Source: Squalus acanthias
Taxonomy: Eukaryota
Direction: 5' to 3'
NCBI GenBank assembly: GCA_030390025.1
Contig: CM059433.1
Location: 14,014,001-14,078,000, forward strand
DNA: 64,000 bases
The notes under the pieces are model-generated. The model ran no database searches and was not told the DNA's origin. It saw only the letters and a program-made list of their open reading frames with translations. Each line of letters begins with the position of its first letter. Positions within the stretch are counted from its first letter, which is position 1. A program made the translations under genes and the position numbers. This document shows positions 24,650-38,489 of this stretch, piece by piece.

Positions 24650-25057
24650 GGGGTACGGTAGCATAGTAGTTATGTTACTGGACTAGTAATCCAGAGACAC
24701 GAGTTCAAATCCCACCACGGCAGCTGGGGAATTTAAATTCAATTAATTAAATAAATCTGGAATAAAAAGCTAGTATCAGTAATGGTGATCATGAAACTAC
24801 AGGATTGTCATAAAAACCCATCTGGTTTGCTAATGCCCGTTCGGGAAGGAAATCTGCTGTATTTACTCGGTCTGACCTATCTGTGACAGCAGACCCACAG
24901 CAATGTGGTTGACTCTTAACTGCCCTCTGATCTGGCCCAGCAAGCCACTCAGTTGTATAAGGTGGCTCACCATTACCTTCTCAAGGGCAATTAGGAATGG
25001 GCGATAAATGCTGGCCTTGTCAGCGATGCCCACATTCCGTGAATGAATAAAAAAAAG
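24650..25057 (+). mobile_element. Full-length tRNA-derived SINE with LINE-derived 3' tail
   Basis: GGTAGCATAGTAG A box and GAGTTCAAATCCC B box; last 90 nt or so match the LINE tail at 6815-6908. Confidence 0.85.
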
Positions 25058-25349
25058 ACAAGGTCTATAGTGGAATGTATCATCATCAATTCTATGGATT
25101 AGGATTGGTGAGTTATACAGATTTTAATGTGCAAATGCTTTAAAATGACCCTGTTAATTAGACCTTGCCAATAGATTAGGTATTGTTACTGAATGGTCAA
25201 TTATTTACACTAAAAATTCTTTTCACTTTTATCAATATGAAGACATTAGCTTGTGCTTCATATTTCCTGCAGCAATGTACATTACCCAGCATGTAATTAA
25301 ATATATTAGCCCATCTATTTAATTTAATTTGAATGCAGTCAGACTCTAT

Positions 25350-26020
25350 GGGCTGGATTTTGTCTTGGGGTTGGGTTGGGGTCGTGTAATCCGCATTTCG
25401 TGTTCTCCCCCCGACTCCAGATTAATGTGGGTGCCTGATGCAATTTTCGCTAATTGGGCAATTGAGTTGCAGCATGTGGGAACCCATGAACTAATTAGTG
25501 GTTTCAGTCTGAAACCGGCCTCTGATGATGTCATCATTGCTGACTGCCTGCTCTCAGAGATTGTCTGGCTACTGGTGAGAGAGGACCTGTCTGCATTGCT
25601 TCTGATGTGAGTGGACCTGGATGCAAATGAATGAGAGAGAGAGAGCGAGAGAGCGAGAGTTCGAGATCGAGAGTTCGAGTTCTAATAGTGGACTTGCAGC
25701 CGATAGTCAGCTACCCATTTGTGCTCCCGCCAGGTTTCACTGGAGTGTTTCACACCAGGCGTGCTTCACGTCAGAAAAGGGTTAAACTAGCTACAACGTT
25801 TCAAAATAGCATTACAGAGCCAATTTAGGGCTTGTTAAGGGCTTTAATGGCCTCTCCCACCTCTTGGAGGCGGGACGGAGTCGGGAACCCCGCGACTGAT
25901 TTTGTCAAAATTGCGTGGAGGCGGGATGGAGGCGGGATGGGGTCGGAAACCCCGACCCCGCAAATTTAACCCCCCACACGCCTCCAAACCCGACTCCATG
26001 GGTCATTCAAAATCCAGCCC
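25350..26020. mobile_element. Harbinger-type MITE
   Basis: Perfect TIR GGGCTGGATTTTG / CAAAATCCAGCCC, TSD TAT. Confidence 0.9.
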
Positions 26021-26499
26021 TATGTCCATACTTATCCTTACAACCTAAAACCATCTTCTTAACTAGATATTTATGCAGCTCCATATAAAAGGTTTAGTGG
26101 CAGAGCAATAAATATGTATCTATTGCACACATGGGGCCAAGAATTCTGCTGGAGACACTCCATCAGTGGAAGGGTATCGGAGTAGAATGACTTTCTGCTG
26201 CCATGGTTGGCCAAAGCTGCTTCGGCTGAAGTACACTTAAACTCGATGGGCCGAATGGCCTCCTTCTGTGCTATACTGTGCTATGATTCTATGAAACTCT
26301 TCCGGGCCGAAGGAACCGCTTTGTTTCCAGGAATAAGGTAATTGAACCCCTGTGGGAAAGGTTTAGGGCCTTTCAAAAGGCCTCAGAGGGACTCACACTA
26401 GTTCTCAGCTGGCATGAGTTCTGCTGAGGCCTTTATGGGCATAAATTCCTCGAACGTACTGTTACCTCTCAAATCCATTCCCATCTTTCCCCCACCTAC

Positions 26500-27010
26500 T
26501 TTGCTCGTTCCTTCCACTGTCTCTGTGTTTTCAGACTGCTTTTCCGACATCCACTCTTGGATGAGCTGCAGTTTCCTCCAGTTAAATACTGAGACGGTTT
26601 GAAGCCACTATCTTCGATCCCCCCCGCCACAAACTCTGGGCCCTAAACACTGATTCAATCAGCTTCCCCGGCCTCTGTCTCACGCTGAACCAGATTGTTC
26701 ACAACCTCAGCATTCTATATGACCTCGAGCTGAGCTTCCAACCCCATGTCCTCAACACGATGACCACCTACTTCCACCTCCAAAACATCACCTGCCTCAG
26801 TCCAGCTGCTGCTGAATCCTCGTCCACGCATTTGTCGCCTCCAGACTCGATTATTCTAATACTCTCCTGCCCAGCCTCCATAAAATTCAGCTCATCCAAA
26901 ACACTGCTGTCCAAATCCTATCCTGTACCAAGTCTCACTGACCCATCATCTCTATCCTCACTGACCTACATTGGCTCCGTTCACCCAACATCTCTAATTT
27001 AAAATTCTCA
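26500..27010 (+). mobile_element. L2 LINE fragment
   Basis: DIHSWM..FLQLN, YFHLQNI and LTDLHWL motifs; similar to 42575-42960. Confidence 0.75.
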
Positions 27011-27628
27011 ATTTTGGGAATTCATTGGAATTTCTGGGCCTCCCAATGTTTTTCTTCAATTTCCAATGAAATGAAATGGATCTGGCTCTACATACCATTC
27101 CTCCAGTTTCCTTAGGTTCAACACTTTCTAGACTCTTCATTCCTCATACATATTTATAATATTACAAACATCCAGTGACCAGAGGAAATCTTCCCTCAAA
27201 ACCACAAGAACCAACCGCATAGTCTATGTAATGCTAGTGTGAGCATTATAGAGTTTCTTCACTTTAGTGGCCTGCTTTGTCCCAAGCCCAACGTCACAGC
27301 AGCGAGCACTCTCCCAGAGGGTATCAGTAACAAAAAAAAAAATTGGCTTGTTCAAATTAAAAATAAGTTTGGCAGAAATGTTACTTCAGTGTGAATATCT
27401 CATTATCAGTTTGAGTATGTAAGTTAAAGACATTCGCATAAACGATCAGCATCTGATAATGTAAAAATTAGCTGACCAATTTGAACTAGCCAGCCCCAGC
27501 TGGAGAGACTGCGTGTAGAAGTTAGTTATCTAACCTTCATCTTGTTCCTTTTATTTAAATCAATCTTTGATTAGAAGGAACCCTTAAATAAGGTCAAATT
27601 AGGAATTTAACTTGGTATCAGAGATATT

Positions 27629-28365
27629 GGGCCAAAAATTCGGCACTTGCCGGGTGAGTATGCGCTGTGTACTCACCCGTAAGGCCTCCTGAAGTGCTGG
27701 TTTCCTGCATGCACTGCGCATGCGCGGGAAACCGGAACTTCCGGTCTCGTGAAGGGAGGGGTTGAGAGGTGAACCGCGTGCGCGGTAGAGGCTGTGCGCA
27801 CGCAGCGAACTTAGGATTTTTTTTCAGGTTTCTCCAGGAGGTAAGTAGTGAAGAAGCTGCGCTTTTAAAAAGGAGGCGCAAGACCTGTTTTCAACAAGGT
27901 AAGTGGTTAATTAATTACAATTTAAAAATTTTTTCAACAGGTTTATCTTTTTTAGATACTTTAAAGAAAGGTAAGTTTAGTTTTAGCACTGTTAAAAAGT
28001 ATTTTAATTTTTTCAAAAATTTTAATTTTTGTTTAATGTAGTTAATTTATTTAACTTATAGTTATTTTAAAAATGTGATGTTTTTGAAAAAAATTATTTG
28101 AAGTTTAGGTGTTGTTTAGGTCTTCCTGTCAAATCTATGAATGAAAGATGGTCTGCTGCCATTGGCTCTCCATGGCCCACGTGATCCCAGGGGACGCATC
28201 GCACTAATTACGTCCCTGGGATACACAAGCACTGTGCGCCTGGCAGCTGCAGGAGGCCCAGGAGCTGAAGTCCCCGTGGGCCCAGAGGTCAACGGCAGGC
28301 GTGGTAGGTAGGTGCGCGTGGGATCCTTGCACCCGCGGGAAGCCAGGGAGCCGAATTTCTGGGCC
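27629..28365. mobile_element. Harbinger-type MITE
   Basis: TIR GGGCCAAAAATTCGGC / GCCGAATTTCTGGGCC, TSD ATT. Confidence 0.88.
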
Positions 28366-29206
28366 ATTATCAGAGTGATTACTGAGAGGGCAACACGGAG
28401 AATAAATAAGGGAAATTAAATGGTTAGCTTCATGTAGTAAACATAAGGGAGTAAAACAGAGAAGTTGCAACATCCACTTAGACTTCAACTTGGAAAGGTT
28501 TGAATGATGCATTTAATTGTTTTCTGACAGATCTAGGACCTTGAAGAAAAATGTGAGCATTTAAAAGCATTCATTTTTGACATGTTATTGAAAAGAGAAG
28601 CACTAAATATTTATAATGATATCAACCTTGAGGAAGACAAGAATCTGGTCCTGGATATAATATGAATAAGCTTGGAGATATGGCAATCCTAAACATAATG
28701 TGATGAATGAATGGTACAGCTGGAAAGGGGAGAAACCAAAATGAAGGAGTCACTGTAAGATATATGAATTTGATGAACTAACAAAATCATTAAAAATGAC
28801 AAGATAATTTGTGGAATGCCAAATGATTGTGTCAGGGAAAAGCTGCTTTTCGATCAAGATTTGATATTAGATACAGAAGTAAGTAATTGTAAACCATCAG
28901 AAACCACCACAGTACAGGGCAAAGGGCTATGCAATAAGGTAAAGGGAACTATCCGGGCAGCAGTACTTAAAAAAAGAGATGAAGAAACAATTAAATGAGA
29001 AATCTAAAACACTATTCATAAAAGCCGAAGGAAATAAAACGGTGTGGACAGTGTGGAACATAGCACAGACACATTGGTGGCAAAAGTAATCATTATGCAA
29101 GATGTTGCAAATCATAGAACAGGCAAAATCAAGTTCATGCTATGGAACAAAAGTCACTGGATGAATTTTATGTCAATGTAGCAGCTTAAAATAAAAAAAT
29201 GACATA

Positions 29207-30929
29207 GGGCTGGATTTTGCAGGGGGTTAGTGGGCGCGATCGGTGGCGGGTCGGGTGGGAAAGTGTTTTTATTCCCCAGAGGGTCGGGACCCCGTTGTGA
29301 ACCCGCTGCCACGCGCCTTTCCTGATGTTGGGTCTGTCAGCGCTGAACAGACCCAACACGCAGCGGAGGATTCACAGCGAGGGACCCAATTGAGGTAATT
29401 AGTGGCTTGTTTCGAGCCACTTAAGAGTGAATTTCAGCTTACTTTCTGCATTTGACAGCTCACCCACGAGGTCCTCGCTGGTCGTGAACCATGTCTGTCA
29501 AGCTGAGGCGGGAGTTCAGTGGCCATTGAATCAGCTGTTGAGTTGACAGCTTCAAATGTAAAGTATAAGCTCCCACCTTACAGAGATATCTTCCCTCAGC
29601 CACAAACTCTTCCTCACTGTATTTCCACAACAGATTCACCATCCTGCAAATCTTAACACAAGTCTCCATCCAGTCTGACCTCATTACCTCTCTCACCATT
29701 GACAGATCGCTTCTGTCATCTCTACTTCACCTGCCATCTATTCCATCAGCATGGATGCCTTTTATACTCTCTCACCTTGGTCCTCCGAATCCCACCATGA
29801 TCAGCCCCAACACCAGCAGCACCAACAACACCACCAACCTTCTCCACAATCACCTGATGCTGCACAGGACAGAGGGCATCAGCACCCGGCCACATTGCTG
29901 CCAGGGATGGCCTCACCATGGCCAGATTTACTTCACTTCATACTGTACACCCTGGCTGCCACATGCTGCACCAGGTTGGCACCACCCCACACCAACACCA
30001 TAAAGCATCCCTACAATGCCCAAGCCATTCCTTTCATACTAATGACCATTGTGGGGGGTATCGTTATGTCTCACCATTCACCAATCTGTCCCAGAAGACA
30101 AAGTGTTGAAAATAAAGGTTTCAATGTTTGACACCACATGAACAGAAACTTTACATGAACATTGCATAAAACACCCAAGTGCCTACCCTTGTGTGCTGTT
30201 AGTTGGTATGATTGCACTAGGATGAGGGTGAGTGTGAGGTATGGCTAGTGAGATGGGGATGTGATAATGTAGATAGAGAGGGATGGGTGGAGATGCAAGG
30301 TAAGTTGGTGTGAGTAACGATGTGTGGGAGTAGGGTAGGGAAGGCAGAGTGATGGGGATGTGATGAGTGGCACAGCAGGATGAGTTTGAGTGTGGCTTTG
30401 TACTAACGTTTGGTGATCTACTGAGATCATTGAAACGTTTGCGGCACTGCACCCAGGTCCTCCTGACTACATCCTTGCTTGTGCCCTCCTCTGCAATGTG
30501 CAACCAGGCTGTGTTGATCTCCTAAGGAGGTCTCTTCCGCCCATGGAAAGGGAAGAGGACCTCCCTGCGTGCTGTGACTCCCTTCATAAGCATATGGAGG
30601 GAGTCATGGGAGAGCCTGGGTGCAGCCCTGTGCCTTTGTGCAGTGCTTGTCAGTGTTTGCAGCACCTCAATGCTGTAGAACACTGACAGCACAACTGTCC
30701 AAAGAAAGTTGGCCATGGTCCCTTTAAGGAAACCGGCCTGATGAGACGTCACCAAATGACGTCACCAGACCCGCTTCCTCTAATTGAACGGCAAACGCGC
30801 TGGGTGGGCTTAACAAGCCCAATCTAGGGAAATGAATTTCAGGGGCCGGGATGGAGAGAGCAGCGGGGTCGGGACCCGCCACGGATGTCGCCCTGCCACG
30901 GATCCGCCGAGGTCAGCAAAATCGCGGCC
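29207..30929. mobile_element. Internally deleted Harbinger element
   Basis: TIR GGGCTGGATTTTGC / GCAAAATCGCGGCC, TSD ATA; Myb exon 1 on minus (RRTWVQCRKRFNDLSR, about 30405-30717); transposase scraps on plus. Confidence 0.85.
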
Positions 30930-31712
30930 ATAGATTGGGTATTATCGTTAGTAGTGAATGAAACAGTTATACAGTGTAAACCAGATGCAGCTGCACAGAT
31001 GACTGTCATATCTGCGCCAGATTACAAATGATTGCAGCATAAACCAAAATTGCAGTAGGCCGCAATAAAATTGACAGGACACTCAAGATCAGGCATACCA
31101 GTGAAAGGAATATGTGTTGCAAACAACATATATGGGGGCACTAAATACAAGTTGTCATTTATAGAGGTGTCAAAAGATGTAGTCAATTTTAGGTCTGAGT
31201 GCTTGTGAGAAACTCAATCAGGAAAAAAAGGTACTTGTAATAAAGGACTAAAATTATATAGAGTATCAAACAATTGTACAAGAATTATAAATGTTCAAGC
31301 ATTGGTTTGTTTGTCAGGAGAACACCAGATCAGGATGAATAAACAGGTTATCTCAGCAATACATCCATGTGGGAAAGAAATAAAAATGCAACCTGATAGA
31401 ATGGAAGATCAAATAAAATAAATGAACCAATGGAATGCATAAACTCATTGGTAATTGTTGACAAAAAGATTGGTAAATTGTGCACAGCAAGGTCCCACAA
31501 ACAGCAGTGAGATAAATAACTAGATAATCTGCTTTTCGGTATTGACTGAGAGTTAAATGTTGGCTAGGATACCGGAGAGCTCCCCTGCTCTTCTTCAGAA
31601 GGTACGATGGGATCCTACACGTCCACCTGGGAGAGCAGCTTTGGTTTAGTGTCTCAACTGAAAGGCGCCACCTCCAACAATACCGCACTCCCTCAGTACA
31701 GCACTGAAGTAT

Positions 31713-32760
31713 CATAGAATCATAGAATGATACAGCACAGAAGGAGGCCATTTGGCCCATCGTGCCTGTGCCGGCTCTTTGAAAGAGCTATCCAAGTAGT
31801 CCAATTCCCCTGCCCCTTCCCCATAGCCCTGCAAAGGTTTTCCTGCAAGTATTTATCCAACTCCCTTTTGAAAGTTATTATTGAATCTGCTTCTACTGCC
31901 CTTTCAGGCAGCGCATTCCAGATCATAACAACTCGCTACGTAAAAAAAAATTCTCCTCATCTCGCTTCTTGTTCCTTTGCCAATTACCTTCAATCTGTTA
32001 CCAACACTTCTGCCACTGGAAACAGTTTCTCCTTATTTACTCTATCAAAACCCTTCATGATTTTGAACACCTCTAGTAAATCTCCCTTAACCTTCTCTGC
32101 ACTAAGGAGAAAACCCCCAGCTTCTCCAGCCTCTCCACATAACTGAATTCCACATATCTGATACCATTCTAGTAAATCTCCTCTGCACCCTCTCTAAGGC
32201 CTTGAAATCCTTCCTAATCTGGACACAATAATCTAGCTGGGGCCCAACCAGTGATTTATAAAGGTTTAGAATAACTTCCTTGCTTCTGTACTTTATGTCT
32301 CTGTTTATAAAGCTAAGGATCTCATACAATGTTCCCGCTAAGGTGTGCGTGCGGGGCCGCGCAGTAATCTGAAAGGTCCTGCACAGGCCACTCACCAGCT
32401 TTTACATTGTAAATACTCTGCATGCGCAGAAATTTAAAGGGACCACGCATTAAAAGAAACAGGCTGTGCAGAACAAAGCACAGCTTACAGGGAACATTGA
32501 TCCCGTATGCTTTTTCAACAGCCTTCTCAACTTGTCCTGCCACCTTCAAAAATTTATGTACATACACCCCCAGGTCTCTCTGTTCCTGCACCCCATTTAA
32601 AATGGTATCATTTAGTTTATATTGCCTCTCCTCATTCTTCCTACCAAAATGCAACACTTCACACTTCTCTGCATTAAATTTCATCCACCACCTGTCTGCC
32701 TGTTTCGCCAGTCTGTCTATGTCCTCCTGAAGTCTGTTACTATCCTCACTGTTTACTACA
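31713..32760 (-). mobile_element. CR1 LINE 3' portion
   Basis: KFNAEKCEVLHFGRKN, EQRDLGV, LERVQRRFTRM, WNALP; (ATTCTATG)n tail. Confidence 0.92.
32327..32499. mobile_element. 173-bp hAT MITE inside the CR1
   Basis: TIR CAATGTTCCC / GGGAACATTG; 8-bp TSD ATCTCATA / ATCCCGTA. Confidence 0.85.
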
Positions 32761-33896
32761 TTATAAACCTAGATTATGTGCTGAAGTCTCTGGAGTGGGG
32801 CTTGAAGCCATGCCAGAGGTACGAGAGTGCAACCATTGAGCCAAAAAAGAGAAGATTTTAATCTAGCAACTCATGATAAAATTACAATATTGTTTCCTAT
32901 TTCATCCACTTAGAAGCATCCTCAAGCTTTTGGCAACTGAAACTGAATGAAGAAAATTCGAAGTAATGCATGTTCAATATTCTTTATGCAAGATGTCACA
33001 CATTAATGGATGGTATTCTGGTTGATTTATCGAAAGAAAAGCATGACAACAAATTTCAGAAAGCATTTGCAGTTTTTAGAAGGCTCAAATTGAAATGTAA
33101 TAAAGACAAATTTGCTTGTTGGAGTCACTGAGCTGATAATTGTTGGTAACACCATCACTGGTGAAAGCAATAAGCAGGGCAAAAATGAAAATCAAAACTA
33201 CTGGGTACATGCCATGTCACTTTACAAGTACGATATGCAAAGGCTCTGAGGAATGGCCAATTACCTGCCTAAACTTATACATGTCTTCCAGAAATAAAGC
33301 TTTTACAAAAGTGTTAAAGACTATCAAATGGAGTTGGAGTCGCATAGAAAAATGTAAATTGACTGCTCATGCAAGAGGCAATTCTGAAGTTTTATAACGC
33401 TGAACGACTAATAAAACCTGCAGCTGATGCGTTACAGACTGGATTAGGGTCTGTGCTGCGGCAAACACAGGGATGATTGGTGGCAGCCTATGTGACTATC
33501 AATAACTGACAATGAGATGAGATAAGCACAGATTAAGAAGGAACTGTTTAGCATTAAATTTGCTTGTGAAAGATTCCATCAGTAATCGTATGGTGGTAGT
33601 TAGTGTTGAAGCAGACCACAAGTGAAATCTTTCAACGACTGTCCTTTATGAATGATGATCAGGCTACAGAACTATTATCTCAGAGTGCTACATTCCACTG
33701 GGAAAATGACTGCACACCACTGCTGATGCACTATGAAGAGCAATAGACCAGACTGCAAACCCAATGAAGAATCTGATGAAGCTGTTGTAGCTTACATTAA
33801 TATGGCGATATCAGTGTATGGCTCGAAGATGAAGTTAATTGCAACTGAGACAAAAACAAAATCAGACTTCTGGGATCCTCAAAGAAACAATAAGTG

Positions 33897-34066
33897 AAAT
33901 CCTGGAACTCCCTCCCTAGCAGCACTGTGGGAGTACCTTCACCACACGGACTGCAGCGGTTCAAGAAGGCGGCTCACCACCACCTTCTCGAGGGCAATTA
34001 GGGATGGGCAATAAATGCTGGCCTTGCCAGAGACACCCACATCCCATAAACAAATATAAAAAAAAA
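33897..34066 (+). mobile_element. LINE 3' end (family of 5950-6908)
   Basis: Matches 24075-24237; A-rich tail. Confidence 0.85.
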
Positions 34067-34714
34067 CCATAATGAACACCCACCTCAAACAGCTGGGAGT
34101 TTCATTTAACTAATAATTTGAGGGTGAGGACATCCTACACACTGTTTCCTGATGGTGGGATTCATTATCCCGGACGCAAGCAAATTCTCACTATCTATGG
34201 CACAGAGATCGGGGATTTCCCGCTCCACCACCGTATCTTCACCGGAAGTGCGGTGGGAACCCCAATTTACATGCTTAAAATGGGTTTCCGTCAAATAGGT
34301 CAGGCTGCACGAGAGGCGCTCGGTGCCAACCCGATAATACCTGCACCAGCCATACCAGCACACAGAGGTGAAGCCATCTCACTTCAGCAGATGATTAGTG
34401 AAACTCCTAATCCCAAAAGAAACTAGGACATCAGAACCAATGACATCCCTGAGGTATGTGAGTGCCCGACTAGCGACTTTTGGCTGCTTCCTCTAAAGTA
34501 CGCCAATCACGGTATAACATGCTTCCATTGGCGTGGCATGAAAGAAGGCGTGTCAGAGTGATCCTGATTGGCTGCGTCCACCAAGATGTTACAAACCGTA
34601 GCTTTTTCCGAGGAAATGTGCGTGTCACAGATTTATGCCAGTTTTACACTGAAACATCGCTGCGCACCAATTTCCTCAATCTTCCAAGATACGTCCACCA
34701 AAACCCTCTGAATT

Positions 34715-36460
34715 ATAGAATGATACAGCACAGATGGAGGCCATTCGGTCCATTGTGACTGTGCCAGCTCTTTGAAAGAGCTATCCCATTAGTCTCACTC
34801 CCCTGCTCTTTCCCCATAGCCCTGCAATTTTCTCCTTTTCAAGTATTTATCACATTCCCTTTTGAAAGTTACTATTGAATCTGCTTCCACCACACTTTCC
34901 GGCAGTGCATTCCAGATCATAACAACTCACTGTGTAAAATAATGTCTCCTCATTTCCCCCCTGGATTTTTTGCCAATTATCTTAAATCTGTGTCCTCTGG
35001 CTATCGACCCACCCGCCAGTGGAAACAGTTTCTCCCTATCTACTCTATCAAAATCCCTCATAATTCTGAGCACCGCTATTACATCTCCCCTTAACCTCCT
35101 CTGCTTTAAGGAGAATACTGCCAACATCTACAAAAGCAAAAATACTGCGGATGCTGGAAATCTGAAATAAAAACGGAAAATGCTAGATATACTCAGCAGA
35201 TCAGGCAGCATCTGTGGAGAGAGGTACGTTTCGGGTCAATGACCTTTCATCAGAATTGATGCTGCCTGACCTGCTGAGTATTTCCAGCATTTTCTGTTTT
35301 TATTGCCAGCTTCTCCAATCTCTCCACAGAACTGAAGTCCCTCATCCCTGATATCATTCTGGTAAATCTCCTCTGCTCCCTCTCCAAGGCATTGACCTCC
35401 TTCCTAAAGTGTGATGCCCAGAATTGGACACAATGGGCTGGATTTTGCCAATGGGGAGCTTTTGGAGGCGGGACTCCCACTTGTCGGGTTTTAGACCCGC
35501 CTCCATCAACTTCTGGCCAGCCCACACTATTTTCTCTTGATTGACCTTGTTAAGCCCGCCCAGCGGGCTGAGCAGGCCAATTAAGGGAATGCCGGTTACA
35601 GGGGACGTCAGCGTATGACGTTTCATCTGACAAAAATTTTTGACAGATGAATTGTCATCGTTTGACAGCTCTGTGAAGCTGTCAAACACTGACATTCTCT
35701 GTAGTTTGATGAGTTCTTGAATTCAAGACTCATCAAACCTCTTTCTTTAGCAGAAATTAGATGGTTGCTGCATTGGAGAATGCAGCGGCCATCTGTCATC
35801 TCTGCCGCGGAGGTGCGAGACTCTCCGCATACCCACCGATTGAAGCCTGCAGGAAGAAACAAAGGTAAGTAAACTTTTACTAACACTTTCCACTTACCTC
35901 ACATACTCACCTCTCCACACTTGCACCCATCACTTACCTTCACAGCGCACTTTTGAAACCCTCCGACCCCTGCAGACGCACTGCTCGCCTCGGTGACCCT
36001 GGCGGGTTTCGGAGCCTTCGGGAAGCCTGCACTTGTGAGGGCAAAAAGGGGATAATCCTATTTTCTGCCTGTTAACTACCTGTTAACAGGCAGTTAATAG
36101 GCTTTAATCCTTTCCTGCCTCCAAGGAGACGGGACCCGGCGCGGGACAGCTACTCGCCTCCTGGGACGATGGCACGGAGGCGGGTTGGGGGCAGGATGGG
36201 CACCCGCCCCCAGATTCTGCCATTTTCCCGGCAGTCCCGCCTCCAAACCCGCCTCCCCAGGGCTGGCAAGATCGCTCCCAATATTCCAGCTTTTGCTCTC
36301 TTGCCTCTGTTTATAAAGCTAAGGAAATCGTATACTTTTTTAACAGCCTTCTCAACTTGTTCTGCCACCTTCAAAACTATACATAAATATAAGTACATAA
36401 ACCCCCAGGTCTCTGTTCCTGCACGCCCTTTAAAATTGTGCCATTTAATTTATATTGCAT
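34715..36460 (-). mobile_element. CR1 3' portion interrupted by a Penelope foldback (about 35128-35305) and a MITE
   Basis: RRLRGDVI, ARGHRFK and HCVQFW motifs; sequence is contiguous across the insertions. Confidence 0.85.
35435..36279. mobile_element. 845-bp Harbinger-type MITE
   Basis: Ends GGGCTGGATTTTGCC / GGCAAGATCGCTCCC, TSD AAT; inverted copy at 44050-44895. Confidence 0.9.
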
Positions 36461-38489
36461 AGCTTCACCCCCATGCAAAAGGCCAGCTCAAGCGAGTTTC
36501 CTGGCCTTAACAGGAATAATGCGCGGGCTAAATTTATGCTTGAAAATTTAGGCACAGCATAGCCCAAAGTCACCTATTATTGGCGTACCTAAGATCTCTG
36601 GAGTTTGATAGCAATCATCTCTGCGGTTTAAAAAAAATTCTTTCTGAGACCTGCACTACATTTAATCAAACTGCTGTGAGACCCGATGCAGCTGAAATAT
36701 TTCGGCTCATCGCCCCCCCCCACCTCCACGCATTCAGAAGGGCTAAGCAACTGAAATGGCCTCCCCAATGGGAATGCCCCTGTTCTGCATAATAATAGAA
36801 GAGTAAAAGGAGCAGCAGGGACAAGAGGCTCTGAGATTGATTGGCCGTTGTAGAAGACACCAGCCTACCCGCTGGTATCCCTATCGGCGGTGCCGCATTT
36901 ACGCTTGTTTTACGCCATTTTTTTACATTTCAGTGTAGGCAAATGAGCTATGTGTAAGTTCCCATTGGGAAGATTGGCGCAGAAACTGCCGTAACTTTCG
37001 ACATAATTTATGTGTTAGTGCGATTCAGGAAATTCGGCACCATTGTTTCTACGTGCAGATGTTTATTTGTTTTGCAGGACGGAAGATGCAATGGTATAAT
37101 TTACAGATGTTCCCTCACTTCAGTGAGTCTCAATGCTTGATATTGGTTTAAGTATATAAGTTAGAGATATTCCATTAACAATCAACGTCTGACAATGTAA
37201 CTATCAGCTGAGTTGTTTGAAGCAATGTTTTAGACAGGTCTGACAGCACTGACAGACCCAACATTGGGAAAGGTGTGTTGTGGCGGGTTGACAGCGGGTT
37301 CCCGACCCGATGCCAAAAAAAAACACTTTCCCACCCGACCCGCCACCAATCCCACCCGTTAACCCTCCGGAAAATTCCGGCCATAGAATTTGAGAACTCC
37401 TGTGAACGCCTGTATTTATGTTCTTTTAATGTCTTAATAAAATTATTCCATTTCATTAATCTTGGATTACCAAAAACCTCACAATACGTTCAAATAATAA
37501 CATTACTGGTTGAAGCAATTGCCTTGTACATTTTCTGGCCAATAACTCCTTTCTACAGCAGAGGACAGCATGTTAATGTATGGGGAAGGTGCAGAAGTGG
37601 TATTGAATAAATGTCAAACTAATTATGATATGAGACAGGTTGCAATGATTCTCATTATAGAAAATAATGCATTAATGTCTTTAAAAATTATTTGGCAGTG
37701 ATACAGCTTTTTCCATTATCAAATTCACTGGGTAACACTTGCAATTTTATATCTGTCTTTCTGATAGTCTTATTGATCAGTGTTCTCAATTTTCCTTCGT
37801 TCTCTTTTTCTTTAAAATCTAAGATTAATTCACACTGACCTTGCCGATTAACACTTTGTTCACTGTAAGCCTCCCTAATCCCTCCTCCAATTGCTGTTCA
37901 GTTTCCATCCACGCCCCTTTGTAAAGCACCTTTGGATGTTTTACCGCAGTAAAGCGAGCAAGTTACAACTGTTCAACTATTTTCTCATCTTTCTTCCTTT
38001 CCTTCCTCCTTTTCATCAACTATTGTCTAATTTACATACACTCAGTTCTTTTTAAATATCGGGCCAAGATTCTTCGCCCTTTTAAATATGTCAGAACAGA
38101 GCCAATGGTATGACATTGTGCAAATAAGGAATATCTTACCAGTGGGATTTTACGGTTATGATATGATAATGGGGAATAGTCTCATCAGATTTGCCTGATT
38201 ACAAAATACATCTTCAGTAGCAAATTTTGAAAAAAAAAATATGATTACTCCTTGGAAATTGCAAAATGATACTATGGGAGAGATTTTGAGACTTCCTGTC
38301 TGGTGGAAACGGGATTGTGACTCCTGAAAATTGCAGGGAAGAACATACTGCCCCATTGCCACGATCACCATTTTATTGAGGTCCTCAGAATACGTGGCCA
38401 GGCAGCCCAGCTGTAGAGGAGTCCGACAGTAAGTTTTTTCTTCATTTTTTAAATTTTTTCGCTTGATTTCTCACATGGTAGCTGTTAAT

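Larger units (their letters stand above)
31470..32845 (-). mobile_element. Deu-domain SINE (about 31470-31712 plus head 32765-32845) split by a CR1
   Basis: Reverse complement of the Deu core; the head resumes after the CR1. Confidence 0.65.
27613..33895 (+). mobile_element. Highly decayed Gypsy internal region carrying several nested insertions
   Basis: TGGTATCAGAG PBS-like motif; gag ICGM.ND.VREKLL; CCHC-like remnant near 29040-29110; protease-like segment near 30980; RT LEASS.FWQL near 32910; RNase H ADA..GLGSVL, AQIKKEL and DHK at 33420-33622. Confidence 0.6.
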
